Source of the DNA: Bacteroidota bacterium
GTDB lineage: Bacteria > Bacteroidota > Bacteroidia > 2-12-FULL-35-15
NCBI GenBank assembly: GCA_947479085.1
Contig: CANJYB010000017.1
Span: 34,955 to 98,954 of the forward strand
Reading direction: 5' to 3'
DNA length: 64,000 bases
Shown: positions 50,731 through 60,254 of the stretch, in pieces
Numbering within the stretch: position 1 is the stretch's first letter
How the letters are laid out: each line of letters opens with the position of its first letter
Position numbers and translations under genes: made by a program
The notes under the pieces: model-generated
Told to the model about the DNA's origin: nothing
Seen by the model: only the letters and a program-made list of their open reading frames with translations
Databases searched by the model: none

Positions 50731-50933
50731 TGAAAAAACTTATCCTCCTCTTCATATTCGCAACAGCTACAATGGTTTCCTGCAATAGCGAAACTAAAAA
50801 AGAAAAATCGCCTGCTGAAATAAATACCGAAGTTTATGAATGTCCCATGAAATGCAACAACGGGCAAACATACGACAAACCCGGAACATGCCCTGTATGC
50901 GGTATGGACTTAGAAAAAGTAACTAAAACCTAA
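50730..50933 (+). CDS. small lipoprotein with heavy-metal-binding domain (YxCPMxC...CPxCGMxL)
   Basis: 67 aa; lipoprotein signal (MVSC); YECPMKCNNGQTYDKPGTCPVCGMDL matches the HMBD found N-terminal to Cu/Ag efflux adaptor proteins; start overlaps the SOD stop codon. Confidence 0.5.
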   Translation: MKKLILLFIFATATMVSCNSETKKEKSPAEINTEVYECPMKCNNGQTYDKPGTCPVCGMDLEKVTKT

Positions 50934-50942
50934 AAAATAAAT

Positions 50943-52022
50943 ATGAAAAAAATCATTACACTATTGTCAGCAGTTTTATTTTCTGCAACCACATTTGCTC
51001 AGGCTTATGGAGCACCGGAAAGCATCGAGTTTGATTATGCACATAACCGTTGGTTGATTTCCAATCCTACTTATAGCAATATTCTTTCACGCGATAGTCA
51101 AACAGGGGTGGTTACTGTTTTTGCAACGGGGGCTAACGGACCTCAAGGACTGGAAATTGTAAACGATACATTGTATTCGTGCGAAGGAGGAAGTATTCAT
51201 TTGTATAATATCAACACCGGGGCCAGTATTGCTACCCTTGCTTTTGCCGGAGCAACTTTCCTTAACGGGATTACACATGATATTAATGGTACTCTTTATA
51301 TAACAGATTTTTCGCAAAAAAAAATACACCGCATGAATACTGCTACACGTCAGCACAATGTTTTTGTTACAGGCTTGGTTAAAAGTCCAGATGGAATTAT
51401 ATATGACCAACCGAATAACAGATGTGTGTTTGTTAATTGGGGAGCAAATGCACCTATTATGAGTGTTAATCTGTCGGATTCAACAACTGCAACCGTTTTA
51501 GCCACCACCCTTGGAAACTGCGATGGAATAACAAAAGACGGAGCAGGAAATTATTTTATTTCCTCATGGACCGGCAGTAAAGTAACTCGCTATTCAAATA
51601 CGTTTACCAACCCAACAATAGTAATCACAGGGTTAAATCAACCCGCTGATATTTTCTATAACGTGCTTACAGATACATTAGGAGTTCCAAATTCAGGATC
51701 AAACTTAAACAATACTCAATATTATTACTTCGGAACAACAATTGGCGTAAACGAAATTGCAAACAGTAATTTTAACTTAACGGTAAGTCCTAATCCTGCT
51801 GAAGAAAGAACCGAAATTAATTATGAATTAATGACAGACGGAAAGTTAAGTATTCAGTTATTTAACATAGAAGGACAATTGGTAAAAACCATAGTTGATG
51901 AAAACCAAACAAAAGGAAAGCATACTGTTCTACTTGATAAAACGGGTATTGCATCAGGCAACTATCTTTTAAAATTAAATAGTAATAATTCTATTGAAAC
52001 AAAAAAAGTAATTATAAAGTAA
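50943..52022 (+). CDS. T9SS C-terminal-sorting-domain protein (beta-propeller/NHL-like)
   Basis: Signal peptide; C-terminus ...VSPNPAEERTEINYELMTDGKLSIQLFNIEGQLV...GNYLLKLNSNNSIETKKVIIK is a T9SS CTD. Confidence 0.55.
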   Translation: MKKIITLLSAVLFSATTFAQAYGAPESIEFDYAHNRWLISNPTYSNILSRDSQTGVVTVFATGANGPQGLEIVNDTLYSCEGGSIHLYNINTGASIATLAFAGATFLNGITHDINGTLYITDFSQKKIHRMNTATRQHNVFVTGLVKSPDGIIYDQPNNRCVFVNWGANAPIMSVNLSDSTTATVLATTLGNCDGITKDGAGNYFISSWTGSKVTRYSNTFTNPTIVITGLNQPADIFYNVLTDTLGVPNSGSNLNNTQYYYFGTTIGVNEIANSNFNLTVSPNPAEERTEINYELMTDGKLSIQLFNIEGQLVKTIVDENQTKGKHTVLLDKTGIASGNYLLKLNSNNSIETKKVIIK

Positions 52023-52068
52023 CAAACTAAGAACTACAAACAACAAACTATAAACTATAAACTAAAAA

Positions 52069-53625
52069 ATGTCAGAAACATTAACAGCAAATACTTTTGG
52101 AATAGAAGAAGTATTAAAACAATTAGGAATAAAACAAAATAATTACGGTGCTTCTACCGGAACAAAACATTTAACTACTACAGGTGTAAAGATTGATTCT
52201 TATTCACCGGTTGATGGCAATTTAATAGGTAGTATCAATACAGCCTCTGCAGCAGAATACGAGCAGGTAATGAAAACAGCAGAAGAAGCTTTTAAAGTAT
52301 GGAGACTGATGCCAGCTCCCAAAAGAGGAGAAATAGTGCGCCAGATAGGAGATAGATTAAGAGAATACAAAGAACCTCTTGGGAAATTGGTTTCTTATGA
52401 AATGGGAAAATCCTTACAGGAAGGTTTAGGTGAAGTACAGGAAATGATTGATATCTGCGATTTTGCAGTAGGCTTATCCCGCCAGTTATATGGTTTAACC
52501 ATGCACAGCGAAAGACCAATGCACAGAATGTATGAACAATGGCATCCGTTGGGAATTGTTGGAATCATTTCCGCATTTAATTTCCCTGTAGCGGTATGGA
52601 GCTGGAATGCTGCATTGGCTTGGGTATGTGGTGATGTATGTGTTTGGAAACCGAGTTCAAAAACCGCATTATGTGCCATTGCCTGCCAGAATATTATTGG
52701 AGATGTATTAAAGAAAAACAATGTTCCGGAAGGAGTAAGTTGTGTATTGGTAGGTAATCCGGTTGGAGATTTTATGAATAACGACAAGCGTGTACCTATG
52801 ATTTCTTTTACCGGTTCAACAAGAATCGGAAAGATAGTAGCTGCTGCCACGTCACAACGTTTTGGAAGAAGTATTTTGGAATTAGGTGGTAATAATGCCA
52901 TCATTGTTTCCGAACATGCCGATTTAAGTATGGTATTGGTAGGAGCTGTTTTTGGTGCGGTAGGTACTGCAGGACAAAGATGTACCACAACCAGAAGATT
53001 AATCATCCATGAAAGCATTTATGATAAAACAATTGATGTGTTGAAAAAAGCCTATGGACAATTAAAGATTGGAAATCCTCTTGATTCAAACAATCACGTT
53101 GGACCATTGATTGATAAAAAAGCAACAGAAGATTATCTGAACGCTATCAATAAGGCAAAAGCAGAAGGTGGAAAAGTGATTGTTGATGGTGGAGTGGTTG
53201 AAGGTGAAGGTTATGAAAGTGGTTGTTATGTTAAGCCTTGCATTATTGAAGCGAAGAATGAATACCACATAGTGCAGGAAGAAACCTTTGCACCTATATT
53301 ATATGTAATGAAATACAAAACAATAGAAGAAGCCATTGAAATGCAAAATGGAGTTCCGCAAGGGTTATCTTCTTCTATCTTTACCAACAACATGCGCGAA
53401 ATGGAACTATTCCTTTCTCAGGCAGGTTCTGATTGTGGAATTGCCAATGTAAACATTGGAACATCCGGAGCAGAAATAGGCGGAGCATTTGGAGGAGAAA
53501 AAGAAACAGGTGGCGGCCGTGAATCGGGTTCTGATGCATGGAAGGCTTACATGAGAAGACAGACAAATACTATTAACTATGGAACGCAGTTGCCATTAGC
53601 ACAGGGAATCAATTTTCATATATAA
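52069..53625 (+). CDS. ALDH7-family aldehyde dehydrogenase (alpha-aminoadipic/piperideine-6-carboxylate semialdehyde dehydrogenase-like)
   Basis: Near-colinear similarity to antiquitin blocks: APKRGEIVRQIGD, GEVQEMIDICDFAVGLSR, ELGGNNAIIV, AVGTAGQRCTT, GIANVNIGTSGAEIGGAFGGEKETGGGRESGSDAWK. Confidence 0.8.
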   Translation: MSETLTANTFGIEEVLKQLGIKQNNYGASTGTKHLTTTGVKIDSYSPVDGNLIGSINTASAAEYEQVMKTAEEAFKVWRLMPAPKRGEIVRQIGDRLREYKEPLGKLVSYEMGKSLQEGLGEVQEMIDICDFAVGLSRQLYGLTMHSERPMHRMYEQWHPLGIVGIISAFNFPVAVWSWNAALAWVCGDVCVWKPSSKTALCAIACQNIIGDVLKKNNVPEGVSCVLVGNPVGDFMNNDKRVPMISFTGSTRIGKIVAAATSQRFGRSILELGGNNAIIVSEHADLSMVLVGAVFGAVGTAGQRCTTTRRLIIHESIYDKTIDVLKKAYGQLKIGNPLDSNNHVGPLIDKKATEDYLNAINKAKAEGGKVIVDGGVVEGEGYESGCYVKPCIIEAKNEYHIVQEETFAPILYVMKYKTIEEAIEMQNGVPQGLSSSIFTNNMREMELFLSQAGSDCGIANVNIGTSGAEIGGAFGGEKETGGGRESGSDAWKAYMRRQTNTINYGTQLPLAQGINFHI

Positions 53626-53642
53626 TATCACCCCTCTCCAAC

Positions 53643-53660
53643 TCTCCCCAAAGGGGAGAG
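53643..53660 (+). terminator. GC-rich hairpin, family 2
   Basis: ctctcccc-aaa-ggggagag directly after the ALDH7 stop. Confidence 0.45.
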
Positions 53661-53676
53661 AACGTTATACTTAAAA

Positions 53677-54936
53677 ATGAAACCTAACAATACTATTTAT
53701 AAAAGCGGAGCAATATTAATTGCTTCGCTTTTGCTTTTTAATTATGCCATTGCTCAAAATAAATTAAGAATTGGTAGTTGGAGGGGTGTGCTTAAACTAA
53801 ACGATTCTACTGATTTGCCTTTTAATTTTGAAGTGAAATATGATTTGGAAATATTTTCTGTGGCATTTACCAATGCAGAAGAGCGTATTGTGGCAAATGA
53901 AATTGCAATAACAGGTGACTCTGTTTTTATAAGAATGCCTTTTTTTGATTCTGAATTCAAACTCAAGAGTTTCGGTGATTCATTAAAAGGTGTTTGGATT
54001 AATCATGCCAGAAAGGAAAAGAATATTCTTGCATTTAAAGCCTATTATGGGACCAAAGAAAGATTTGAAATAAAAGCCTGGACTAATGCAGAACCTTTAG
54101 TAACTGGAAAGTGGGAGGTAGAGTTTGAACCGGGAACTGCTGACAGTTATAAATCAATCGGAGAGTTTAAACAACTGAACGTAACCAAAGGAAGTAAACT
54201 TACCGGAACTTTTTTAACCGAAACAGGTGACTACAGGTACCTGGAAGGGGTCATGGCTAATTACGATTTTTATCTTTCCTGCTTTGATGGAGCGCATGCC
54301 TTTTTATTCAAAGCCAAACTTGACAAAAACAAAGACATTCTCAAAGGTGATTTTTATTCCGGGGCTCATGGTCATGAAACATGGATTGCCAAACGGAATG
54401 AGAAATTTGAATTGCGTAATCCTGATTCGCTTACTTATTTAAAACCTGGTTATAAAAAGATAGATTTTAGTTTTAAAAACCTTGAAGGGAAACAGATCTC
54501 TTTATCAGATGAAAAGTATAAAAACAAAGAAGTTATTATTCAGTTGATGGGAACCTGGTGCCCCAACTGTATGGATGAAACTAAATTTCTTGCTCCGTTT
54601 TATGATAAATATAAATCAAAAGGACTGGAAATAATAGGGCTGGCCTTTGAGCGAACGGATGATTTTAATAAAGCAGTGAGCAATATAAACAGGTTAAAAT
54701 CAAGGTTCAATGCTAACTACGATTTCCTGATTACTATGAAAACAGGTTCTCAGCAGGCATCGGAAGCATTGCCCATGCTGAATAAAGTGATGGCATTTCC
54801 CACTACTATTTATATTGACAAGAAAGGAAATGTGAGAAAAATATATACGGGCTATTACGGACCGGCAACAGGAGAGAGCTACATTAAACAGGAAGAAGAA
54901 ACGAAACGATTTGTGGAGAAACTGCTTTCAGAGTAA
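53677..54936 (+). CDS. TlpA-family thiol-disulfide oxidoreductase with N-terminal accessory domain
   Basis: Signal/TM; thioredoxin fold with WCPNC active site in LMGTWCPNCMDETKFL. Confidence 0.65.
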   Translation: MKPNNTIYKSGAILIASLLLFNYAIAQNKLRIGSWRGVLKLNDSTDLPFNFEVKYDLEIFSVAFTNAEERIVANEIAITGDSVFIRMPFFDSEFKLKSFGDSLKGVWINHARKEKNILAFKAYYGTKERFEIKAWTNAEPLVTGKWEVEFEPGTADSYKSIGEFKQLNVTKGSKLTGTFLTETGDYRYLEGVMANYDFYLSCFDGAHAFLFKAKLDKNKDILKGDFYSGAHGHETWIAKRNEKFELRNPDSLTYLKPGYKKIDFSFKNLEGKQISLSDEKYKNKEVIIQLMGTWCPNCMDETKFLAPFYDKYKSKGLEIIGLAFERTDDFNKAVSNINRLKSRFNANYDFLITMKTGSQQASEALPMLNKVMAFPTTIYIDKKGNVRKIYTGYYGPATGESYIKQEEETKRFVEKLLSE

Positions 54937-54940
54937 AGCT

Positions 54941-55663
54941 TTATAACCCAAGGCTAAGGCAGGCTTCTTCAGCAGCCAATTGTTCGGCTCGCTTTTTTGA
55001 AAAATGCTGGGCGGTGCCCAATACTTTGTCTTCCACCATCAGTTTCAGAAGAAATTGTTTATCACCTGAGGTATTACCATCCTTAACGGTTTCGAACCTG
55101 AACTCCTTTCTTTCCTTTTGGGCCCATTCAATAAACTTGCTTTTGAAATCCACTTCCTTGGTTTCCACCTCGTCCATATCAATGTGGACATTGATAATTC
55201 GGGTCAATAAAAAAGTTTGAGCAAATTCAAATCCCTTATCCAGGTAAATGGCCCCTATTAATGCTTCGTAAGCATCTCCGTTAATAGAACTTGGATGGGA
55301 GTTCCGGTCGTTATTGGCTTCAATCAGTTTATTCAAACCCAGTTTTAAAGCAATCTGGTTATGCTGATTACGGCTCACCATCTTGGAACGCATCTTGGTT
55401 AAAAAGCCTTCGTCTTTAAAAGGAAACTTTTTAAACAAATAATCGGCTACCACTGTACCAATAACAGAATCACCTAAAAATTCCAAGCGTTCGTTACTGT
55501 CTTTTATTCCGTCTTTAATAAGAGTGGCGACTGAACTATGTCGGAAAGCAGACTTGTATAAAGATATATTACTTGGATAAAATCCTAAAATGTTTCTAAG
55601 AGATTCGTGTAAGCTTTTATCTGGGGAAAAATGGACTCTTAAGGGTTTTCTGAAGATAGTCAA
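54941..55663 (-). CDS. rnc: ribonuclease III
   Basis: RNase III signature ERLEFLGDSV and a C-terminal dsRBD; last gene of the acpP-fabF-rnc operon. Confidence 0.8.
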   Translation of the reverse strand: MTIFRKPLRVHFSPDKSLHESLRNILGFYPSNISLYKSAFRHSSVATLIKDGIKDSNERLEFLGDSVIGTVVADYLFKKFPFKDEGFLTKMRSKMVSRNQHNQIALKLGLNKLIEANNDRNSHPSSINGDAYEALIGAIYLDKGFEFAQTFLLTRIINVHIDMDEVETKEVDFKSKFIEWAQKERKEFRFETVKDGNTSGDKQFLLKLMVEDKVLGTAQHFSKKRAEQLAAEEACLSLGL

Positions 55664-55672
55664 GCAGAAAAA

Positions 55673-56929
55673 TTAAGCTACGTATTTTTTTACAATTACC
55701 GAAGCATTGTGTCCGCCAAAACCAAAGGTATTGCTAAGGGCGGCACGTACGATGCGCTTTTGAGCAACACCGAATGTAAAATTCAATTTATTATCTAACG
55801 CAGGGTCGTCAGTAAAATGATTGATAGTTGGGGGAACGATATCATTTTTTACAGCAAGAATAGCGGCCATTGCCTCTATTGCTCCTGCAGCACCTAATAA
55901 GTGACCTGTCATTGATTTGGTGGAACTGATATTTAACTTATAAGCGCTTTCACCAAACACGCTTAAAATAGCTTTTGATTCTGCCACATCTCCTAACGGG
56001 GTAGATGTTCCATGAACATTAACATAATCAATGTCTTCCGGGTTCATTTCTGCATCCTGCAAAGCAATACGCATTACATTTCTTGCACCTAATCCTTCCG
56101 GATGTGGAGCTGTAATGTGATTGGCATCAGCCGTCATTCCTCCTCCCACTACTTCCGCATAAATTTTTGCACCACGCTTTAAAGCATGTTCCAAATCTTC
56201 CAGTATTAAAGCTCCTGCACCTTCTCCTAATACAAAACCATCTCTGTCCAAATCAAACGGACGGGAAGCTGTTGAAGGAGAATCGTTGCGGGTGGAAAGT
56301 GCATGCATGGCATTAAAACCACCAACACCTGCTTCGCATACTGCAGCCTCAGAACCTCCTGTAACCATAATATCAGCCTTACCTAATTTAATATAAGTAG
56401 CAGCATCTATCATGGAATTGGTGGAAGAAGCACAAGCTGAAACGGTTGTAAAGTTAGGACCTCTCATTCCGAATCGGATAGAAATATGTCCTGAACAAAT
56501 ATCAGCAATCATTTTGGGAATAAAGAAAGGGTTGAAACGCGGAGTTCCATCGCCTTTGGCAAAATTAAAACATTCGTCCTGAAAAGTTTGTAAACCACCT
56601 ATTCCGGAACCCCAGATAACTCCTGCCCTGTCCGGGTCAAAAGCATTTTCGCCATCTAAACCGGCATCTTTAACTGCCTGGATAGCCGCAACCAAACCAT
56701 ATTGAGAAAACGGGTCGAGTTTGCGGGCTTCTTTGCGGTCGAGGTAATCTTCGGGATTAAACCCTTTTACTTCGCATGCAAACTGGGTTTTGAACTTAGA
56801 AGCATCAAAACGAGTAATAGGCGCAGCTCCGCTTACGCCATTGATAAGATTGTTCCAATAATCGGAAACAGTATTACCAAGAGGGGTGATTGCACCCAAA
56901 CCTGTAACTACTACTCGTCTTAACTTCAT
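55673..56929 (-). CDS. fabF: beta-ketoacyl-ACP synthase II
   Basis: 418 aa; active-site Cys region TVSACASS; His-His region (VNVHGTST, GHLLGAAG); directly downstream of acpP. Confidence 0.9.
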   Translation of the reverse strand: MKLRRVVVTGLGAITPLGNTVSDYWNNLINGVSGAAPITRFDASKFKTQFACEVKGFNPEDYLDRKEARKLDPFSQYGLVAAIQAVKDAGLDGENAFDPDRAGVIWGSGIGGLQTFQDECFNFAKGDGTPRFNPFFIPKMIADICSGHISIRFGMRGPNFTTVSACASSTNSMIDAATYIKLGKADIMVTGGSEAAVCEAGVGGFNAMHALSTRNDSPSTASRPFDLDRDGFVLGEGAGALILEDLEHALKRGAKIYAEVVGGGMTADANHITAPHPEGLGARNVMRIALQDAEMNPEDIDYVNVHGTSTPLGDVAESKAILSVFGESAYKLNISSTKSMTGHLLGAAGAIEAMAAILAVKNDIVPPTINHFTDDPALDNKLNFTFGVAQKRIVRAALSNTFGFGGHNASVIVKKYVA

Positions 56930-56947
56930 TAAATAAATCTTTTGGAA

Positions 56948-57184
56948 TTATTTTGCGTTTGCTTCAATGTAGGTAATTGCATCTCCAACAGTACCAATCT
57001 TTTCAGCCTGATCGTCCGGAATAGCAATATTAAATTCTTTTTCAAACTCCATTATCAACTCTACAGTATCCAATGAGTCTGCACCTAAATCATTCGTAAA
57101 GCTCGCTGTAGGTGTTACTTCTTTTTCGTCAACTCCTAATTTATCAACGATAATAGCTTTTACTTTTGTTGCAATGTCTGACAT
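56948..57184 (-). CDS. acpP: acyl carrier protein
   Basis: 78 aa; phosphopantetheine site [16 protein letters not shown]. Confidence 0.9.
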   Translation of the reverse strand: MSDIATKVKAIIVDKLGVDEKEVTPTASFTNDLGADSLDTVELIMEFEKEFNIAIPDDQAEKIGTVGDAITYIEANAK

Positions 57185-57384
57185 TTTTAAAATGTTTAAA
57201 GGTTAATTTGGGTGCAAAGATAGACTTATGTGTATAAATACAAAAAAAATAATGACTTTATTCATCGAAATGTTAATTTTTAAAGAAGTATTTTAAAGAA
57301 AAATCAACATTTCAAGCCCAAGCAAGGGGTATATTATTATTTATTAAATGTAGGGTTTTGCCATTTAAAAACTAATTTTGCCCC

Positions 57385-57960
57385 ATGATTATGAAAAATA
57401 TTGCCATTTTTGCTTCGGGCGAAGGAACAAACGCCCAGCAAATTATTGATTATTTTAAAGACAATAAATCTATAAGGATAGCCCTGGTTGTTTCCAATAA
57501 AATTACTGCCAATGTGTTGAACCGGGCAAAAGCATCTGGTATTCCTACTCTGGTTATAAATAAAGTAGATTTTTACATTAACAATAAGACGGTAGAAGAC
57601 CTGCAGAAATTCAATATCGACTTAATAGTGCTTGCCGGGTTTTTATGGATGATACCCGAAAGTTTGATAAAGGCCTTTCCAGGTAAAATCATCAATATTC
57701 ACCCTGCCCTATTGCCAAAATTCGGGGGAAAGGGGATGTATGGAATAAATGTTCATAAAGCAGTAATTGAAGCAAAAGAAAAAGAAAGTGGTATTTCTAT
57801 TCATTATGTAAATGATAAATATGATGAAGGAGAAATTATATCGCAACATGGTTGTGAGGTTTCAGAAAATGAAACTCCTGAATCTTTGGCATTAAAGATT
57901 CAACAATTAGAACATACCAATTATCCAAAGGTGATTGAAAATTTAATTAATAACAACTAA
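57385..57960 (+). CDS. purN: phosphoribosylglycinamide formyltransferase
   Basis: 191 aa; formyl-transferase motifs (IAIFASGEGTN, NIHPALLPKFGG, SIHYV). Confidence 0.8.
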   Translation: MIMKNIAIFASGEGTNAQQIIDYFKDNKSIRIALVVSNKITANVLNRAKASGIPTLVINKVDFYINNKTVEDLQKFNIDLIVLAGFLWMIPESLIKAFPGKIINIHPALLPKFGGKGMYGINVHKAVIEAKEKESGISIHYVNDKYDEGEIISQHGCEVSENETPESLALKIQQLEHTNYPKVIENLINNN

Positions 57961-57973
57961 TACTACTTTCAAA

Positions 57974-58534
57974 ATGGACTTTAAACAAATTTTAACCATC
58001 ACCATGATTCTTTTCGCTGTAATAGATGTCATAGGTTCTCTCCCTGTTTTGCTTGATTTGCAAAGCAAACATGGAAAAATACAGGCAGAAAAGGCTACTC
58101 TTGTTTCCGGGGTTATAATGATACTCTTCATGTTTCTGGGCGAACAAATATTAGCAATCATTGGGATTGACGTAAGTTCGTTTGCCATTGCAGGTTCGTT
58201 CATCATTTTCTTTCTTGCATTGGAAATGATTTTGGGTGTTAAGTTTTATAAAGATGATTCGGCAGCCACAGCTTCCATCGTTCCTATTGCATTTCCGCTA
58301 ATAGCCGGAACAGGTACGCTTACCACCCTTCTTTCCATCCGGGCGGAGTATAAGGCGAGCGATATTATTATTGCTATTCTTATTAACCTGGTTTTTGTTT
58401 ACATGGTGCTTAGAAATACCTTTCGCCTCGAAAAAATACTGGGAGTAGGTGGTATTAATATTATCCGAAAAGTATTCGGGGTTATTTTGTTGGCAATAGC
58501 AGTTAAATTATTCAGAACTCATGCGGGTGTTTAA
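57974..58534 (+). CDS. MarC-family (UPF0056) membrane protein
   Basis: 186 aa, six TMs; PIAFPLIAGTG motif. Confidence 0.6.
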   Translation: MDFKQILTITMILFAVIDVIGSLPVLLDLQSKHGKIQAEKATLVSGVIMILFMFLGEQILAIIGIDVSSFAIAGSFIIFFLALEMILGVKFYKDDSAATASIVPIAFPLIAGTGTLTTLLSIRAEYKASDIIIAILINLVFVYMVLRNTFRLEKILGVGGINIIRKVFGVILLAIAVKLFRTHAGV

Positions 58535-58540
58535 GAAATT

Positions 58541-59017
58541 ATGATAAGTGTATATACAGACGGTGCATCAAGAGGAAATCCCGGACCGGGTGGTTACGGG
58601 GTGGTAATGCTTTACGGTCCGCTTCGAAAAGAAATTTCGGAAGGTTTCCGCATCACTACCAACAACCGGATGGAGCTGTTAAGTGTGATAGTAGCACTGG
58701 AAGCTTTAAAAAAAGAAGGAACCCCGGTTACCATATATTCCGATTCCAAATATGTAGTGGATTCGGTGGAAAAAAAATGGGTATTCGGTTGGGAGAAAAA
58801 ACACTTTAAAGATAAAAAGAACGAGGATTTATGGATTCGCTTTTTGCGTTCGTACCGCAAACATGATGTAAAATTTGTTTGGGTAAAAGGACATGCTTCC
58901 AACAAAGAAAATAACCGCTGCGATGAACTGGCAGTGGCAGCTGCCTTGGGGAAACATTTAAAATCCGACCATTGGTTTGAGGAAGAAAGAAAAAAAGAAA
59001 ACGGGGGGATGTTTTGA
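58541..59017 (+). CDS. rnhA: ribonuclease HI
   Basis: YTDGASRGNPGPGGYG start; conserved NNRMEL and YSDSKYV blocks; catalytic DEDD residues. Confidence 0.85.
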   Translation: MISVYTDGASRGNPGPGGYGVVMLYGPLRKEISEGFRITTNNRMELLSVIVALEALKKEGTPVTIYSDSKYVVDSVEKKWVFGWEKKHFKDKKNEDLWIRFLRSYRKHDVKFVWVKGHASNKENNRCDELAVAAALGKHLKSDHWFEEERKKENGGMF

Positions 59018-59099
59018 TTTTCGCGCTTTTGGGTGAGTGTATTCCCTCAATCCGTAAAGGTTAATATACGGAAAAATGGTTGTAATTCCTGTTCTCCAG

Positions 59100-59195
59100 T
59101 TACTAATTAACACCGGCTACTTATTAATTAACACCGGCTACTTATTAATTAACGTCCGCTACTTATTAATTAGCGCTGGCTACTTATTAATTAAG
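59100..59195. repeat. 21-bp tandem repeat (~4.5 copies), each containing palindromic TTAATTAA
   Basis: ttattaattaacaccggctac units with exact 21-bp phase. Confidence 0.9.
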
Positions 59196-59389
59196 AAACC
59201 TCTTTTACCAGATAAAATCACCGGACATTTAACAATTCCTATTGATTTCTAGGCTTTTATAAGCAATTCATTAATCCGGCAAATTCAGGCAAAGGTTTCC
59301 AATTATTGATTAGTGACACTAAAATAAGAGTCAGGGAAGCGAGGTTATTTTTATAAGTAAATGAAGAAATGGTATTAAAAAAAGCCTTT

Positions 59390-60178
59390 TTACAAACTTC
59401 CCGTTCTGCCACCATCCACAGGCACATTTATGCCTGTAATATAAGCAGCAGCAGGAGAGGCTAAAAATGCCACCGCATTAGCTACTTCCGAGGCATCAGC
59501 AAATCTCCCCATGGGGATTTCCTTTATCATTTCGCCTTGTATTTCGTCAATCGTTTTGCTTTTGTTTTTCGAATTGGTGGAAATAATGCTTTGCAATCTT
59601 CCGGTTAAGGTAGCACCCGGCAACACATTGTTTACCGTTATTCCATCGGCAGCCACTTCGGTTGCCAATGTTTTACTCCAGTTGGCAACAGCTGCTCGAA
59701 TGGTATTGGAAACCCCTAAATTCTTTAAAGGAATTTTTACAGAAGTACTGATAATATTAATAATCCTTCCGTATTTTTCCTTCTTCATTCCTTCGAGCAA
59801 GGACTGAACTAAAATATGATTGCACACCAGATGGTTATTAAATGCCTGCAGAAACTCTTCCACTTTAGCACTTTGAACAGGACCACCGGCAGGGCCTCCG
59901 GTATTATTTACCAATATATTTATGGGAGCGTTTGTATCCACATACTTCTCCATTTTCAGTTTTAATTCGTTTGGCATTCCAAAGTCGGCACATATATACG
60001 TATGCTTTTGCCCTTTGGAAATATCCAGGTCTTTCAATGCTTCTTTTAAGGATTCTTCATTCCTGGCCAATAATATTACATTGGCACCAAGCAAAGCCAG
60101 TTCAATGGCCGAGGCTTTTCCAATTCCCTGTGTGCTTCCGCAAACAAGTGCTGTTTTTCCTGTTAAGTCTAAATTCAT
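59390..60178 (-). CDS. SDR-family oxidoreductase (FabG-like)
   Basis: Rossmann motif TALVCGSTQGIGKA; 262 aa. Confidence 0.75.
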   Translation of the reverse strand: MNLDLTGKTALVCGSTQGIGKASAIELALLGANVILLARNEESLKEALKDLDISKGQKHTYICADFGMPNELKLKMEKYVDTNAPINILVNNTGGPAGGPVQSAKVEEFLQAFNNHLVCNHILVQSLLEGMKKEKYGRIINIISTSVKIPLKNLGVSNTIRAAVANWSKTLATEVAADGITVNNVLPGATLTGRLQSIISTNSKNKSKTIDEIQGEMIKEIPMGRFADASEVANAVAFLASPAAAYITGINVPVDGGRTGSL

Positions 60179-60215
60179 TGAGCAAAGATAAAAATTAATT
60201 GCATGCGATACCTTT

Positions 60216-60249
60216 ACCCCTGGCAGGGTTTTGAACCCTGCCAGGGGTA
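60216..60249. repeat. palindromic intergenic repeat, family 1, copy 3
   Basis: acccctggcagggttttgaaccctgccaggggta (T>G variant of the 17029 and 25255 copies). Confidence 0.8.
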
Positions 60250-60254
60250 TTACG

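Noticed and set aside
52395-53018. 207-aa antisense ORF inside the ALDH7 gene, plus other antisense ORFs (e.g. 6292..6666, 31730..32020, 43124..43762)
   Set aside because: Fully embedded opposite well-supported conserved genes; no independent signals.
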